Source: an uncultured Chloroflexota bacterium (GTDB lineage: Bacteria > Chloroflexota > Limnocylindria > Limnocylindrales > Limnocylindraceae). Taken from it: a stretch of 24,965 bases of DNA. The notes under the pieces are model-generated. The model saw only the letters and a list, made by a program, of their open reading frames with translations, did not search any database and was not told the DNA's origin. A program made the position numbers and the translations under genes. Positions 23,538-24,965 of this stretch are shown in pieces (positions within the stretch are counted from its first letter, which is position 1; each line of letters opens with the position of its first letter). The stretch is taken from positions 1 through 24,965 of the forward strand of contig CAIJIA010000032.1 of assembly GCA_903820655.1 (NCBI GenBank), in the 5' to 3' direction.

Positions 23538-24455
23538 GTGGCAACCCTCTCCTTCTATCTCGTCGTCGTTGGAGGGATCGCACTCGTCGGCGCCTTCGCC
23601 CTCTATGTCGTACACCTTGTCCTGGTAGCTCAAGGCGACCGCGCCGTTACTCCACGACTCGCAACGGCCGCAGCATCGATGCGCGGGAACCTCGCCGAAC
23701 AACTTGATGGCGGTGCGCCGACTGCCGCCGAATCGACGAGCCCAATCAGTGCGATCGCTGGCGCGCTCGCCGTGATTGCAACTGGTTCACTCGGCGTCGC
23801 CTTGATCGCACGGGCCATCGTTGTGGGGCGCGGGCCGTGGGGGAACCTCTACGAGTTCACCGTTGCCTTCGCGTTCGGCATCTGCGCGGCAACCATCCTC
23901 TTTGATCGCGCGCGTCGCCTGCCAGCGCTCAGCACCATCGCCTACGGCGTCGCACTCGCGCTGCTCGCGTATGCGACCACGCTGCCAAACGCTGTGGTTG
24001 ATCTTGTTCCGGCGCTCCAGCATCCACTCCTTCTTACGATTCACGTTGGGATGGCGATGCTGAGCTACGGCATCTTCGCGTTTGCATTTGCGGCGGGTGT
24101 CGCCTATCTACTGCAAGGCGAGACCGATCGCTTCAACTGGTTGCCGCCAGCCAAGCGCCTTGATCTCGTCGCCTTCCGCGCAGTCACCGTTGCCTTCCCC
24201 CTCTTCGCTGGCATGCTCATCCTTGGGTCGATCTGGGCCTCCATCGCCTGGAGTCGCTACTGGGGTTGGGACCCCAAAGAGACGTCGGCGCTCGCCACCT
24301 GGCTGGTCTACGCCGTCTACCTCCATGCCCGGAGCCAGCGCGGCTGGCAGGGTCGACCCGCCGCCCTGCTTCTGGTGATCGGCTTTGTGGCGGTCCTGCT
24401 GACCTACTCGGGGAACCTCTGGTTCACTGGCCTCCACACCTACTCGGGGCTGTAA
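23538..24455 (+). CDS. ccsA: System II cytochrome c synthase, WWD-domain subunit (CcsA/ResC; called CcsB in some taxa)
   Basis: GRGPWGNLYEF, LLTIHV, WSRYWGWDPKET (WWD domain), YLHAR, GLHTY. The three conserved His positions are present. Confidence 0.93.
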   Translation: MATLSFYLVVVGGIALVGAFALYVVHLVLVAQGDRAVTPRLATAAASMRGNLAEQLDGGAPTAAESTSPISAIAGALAVIATGSLGVALIARAIVVGRGPWGNLYEFTVAFAFGICAATILFDRARRLPALSTIAYGVALALLAYATTLPNAVVDLVPALQHPLLLTIHVGMAMLSYGIFAFAFAAGVAYLLQGETDRFNWLPPAKRLDLVAFRAVTVAFPLFAGMLILGSIWASIAWSRYWGWDPKETSALATWLVYAVYLHARSQRGWQGRPAALLLVIGFVAVLLTYSGNLWFTGLHTYSGL

Positions 24456-24550
24456 CAAAGCCTCTTCTCCCTCGCGAGCAGCGCACCCTGAGCGTGGGCC
24501 GCGCCTGCGCCGTGCGGCGGATTTTGTAACAAAGGCAAAATGCAGCCAAA

Positions 24551-24631
24551 CCACAACATGTGCGATAACACTCGCCTGCAACACCACCATATGTTGTGTT
24601 TTGGGGGTTGACGCCACACCACAGGGGACAT
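24551..24631 (+). promoter_or_regulatory. Tandem NrdR boxes
   Basis: CCACCATATGTTGTGT (24584-24599) fits the consensus acaCwAtATaTwGtgt well. CCACAACATGTGCGAT (24551-24566) fits moderately. ACACCACAGGGGACAT (24616-24631) fits weakly. The sites lie upstream of a ribonucleotide reductase gene. Confidence 0.75.
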
Positions 24632-24636
24632 AGGAT
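24608..24636 (+). promoter_or_regulatory. Sigma70-type promoter of nrdJ
   Basis: -35 TTGACG (24608-24613), 17-bp spacer, -10 TAGGAT (24631-24636). Confidence 0.8.
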
Positions 24637-24737
24637 TCGTCTCCCGCTGCTACACGGCAGGGGCTCTGTGCGCCCAATCGTTGGTTGGGAACAGAGATGG
24701 TGGGCCTCACATTTCGAGGCAGAAGAGGGAGAGCAAC

Positions 24738-24965
24738 ATGGCCGGCTTGGTGGACGCTGCGAAGGCAGCAACAAAGGCAACGATCGAGAAGTCAACGGCG
24801 CAGCCGTTGCCACCGTTGAGCTTTGATGGCAAGGGCACAAAGGGCCTTGCCTGGGATCGACGTTGGACCACCGCTGGTACGCACCCATACGACGAAATTC
24901 AGTGGGAGACCCGCACCGCATCCATCGGCAACGAGAGCGGTAAGAGCGTCTTCGAGCAGAAGGAC
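24738..24965 (+). CDS. nrdJ: Class II (B12-dependent) ribonucleotide reductase, 3'-truncated; not in the ORF track
   Basis: My translation from ATG 24738 (SD GAGGGAG): MAGLVDAAKAATKATIEKSTAQPLPPLSFDGKGTKGLAWDRRWTTAGTHPYDEIQWETRTASIGNESGKSVFEQKD. The GL..R..T..G.HPYD...WE.R.A.I....G...FEQ pattern is the NrdJ N-terminus, and the upstream NrdR boxes agree. Confidence 0.88.
   Translation, partial: MAGLVDAAKAATKATIEKSTAQPLPPLSFDGKGTKGLAWDRRWTTAGTHPYDEIQWETRTASIGNESGKSVFEQKD

Noticed and set aside
24499-24527. Terminator after ccsA (CGCC-GTGC-GGCG followed by GATTTT)
   Set aside because: Only a 4-bp stem and an interrupted U-tract.
24640-24737. Cobalamin riboswitch upstream of nrdJ
   Set aside because: Only an isolated GGGAA is present, the B12-box and core elements are absent, and the leader is short.
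256-24921. Many long overlapping or antisense ORFs (such as 3246-4010 +, 7499-8194 -, 8872-9504 +, 13832-14545 +, 16954-18255 +, 21107-21913 +, 24108-24710 -)
   Set aside because: They are R/A/P/G-rich with no motifs and shadow well-supported genes. Such ORFs are expected from stop-codon scarcity at high GC.
1-24965. CRISPR array, IS/transposase, toxin-antitoxin or defence island
   Set aside because: No spaced repeats, terminal inverted repeats or recombinase motifs were seen. The NYN gene alone, in housekeeping context, does not support a defence call.

Overview
GC-rich, very compact core-genome window with 24 protein-coding genes (the first and last cut by the window edges) and one tRNA-His(GUG). 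The median intergenic gap is about 9 bp by my count. Gene content and style suggest a streamlined Chloroflexota, possibly Ca. Limnocylindria-like; this is inference only. Order: oppD/oppF-type ATPases > < FGGY kinase, bioY < > tRNA-His, MFS, MalK-type ATPase, Nudix, class-III aminotransferase > < two membrane proteins, pepN, pncB, YbjN-like, glgC, coiled-coil M23 peptidase, pepA, NDUFA9-like SDR < > LysE > < arrestin-fold protein, NagD-like HAD < > NYN nuclease, Zn-ribbon membrane protein, ccsA/resC, then an NrdR-box promoter and the 5' end of nrdJ (absent from the ORF track). I saw no mobile element, CRISPR array or integrase. The best leads are: (1) a two-domain arrestin-fold protein coupled to a NagD-type phosphatase, head-to-head with a minimal NYN nuclease; (2) a probable CTG start for glgC; (3) a pair of palindromic operator-like sites at the aminotransferase promoter; (4) a structured nrdJ leader; (5) a Zn-ribbon membrane protein abutting ccsA where resB usually lies; (6) leaderless, bidirectional and terminator-less gene junctions. 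All family calls come from motif recognition by eye; no searches were run.
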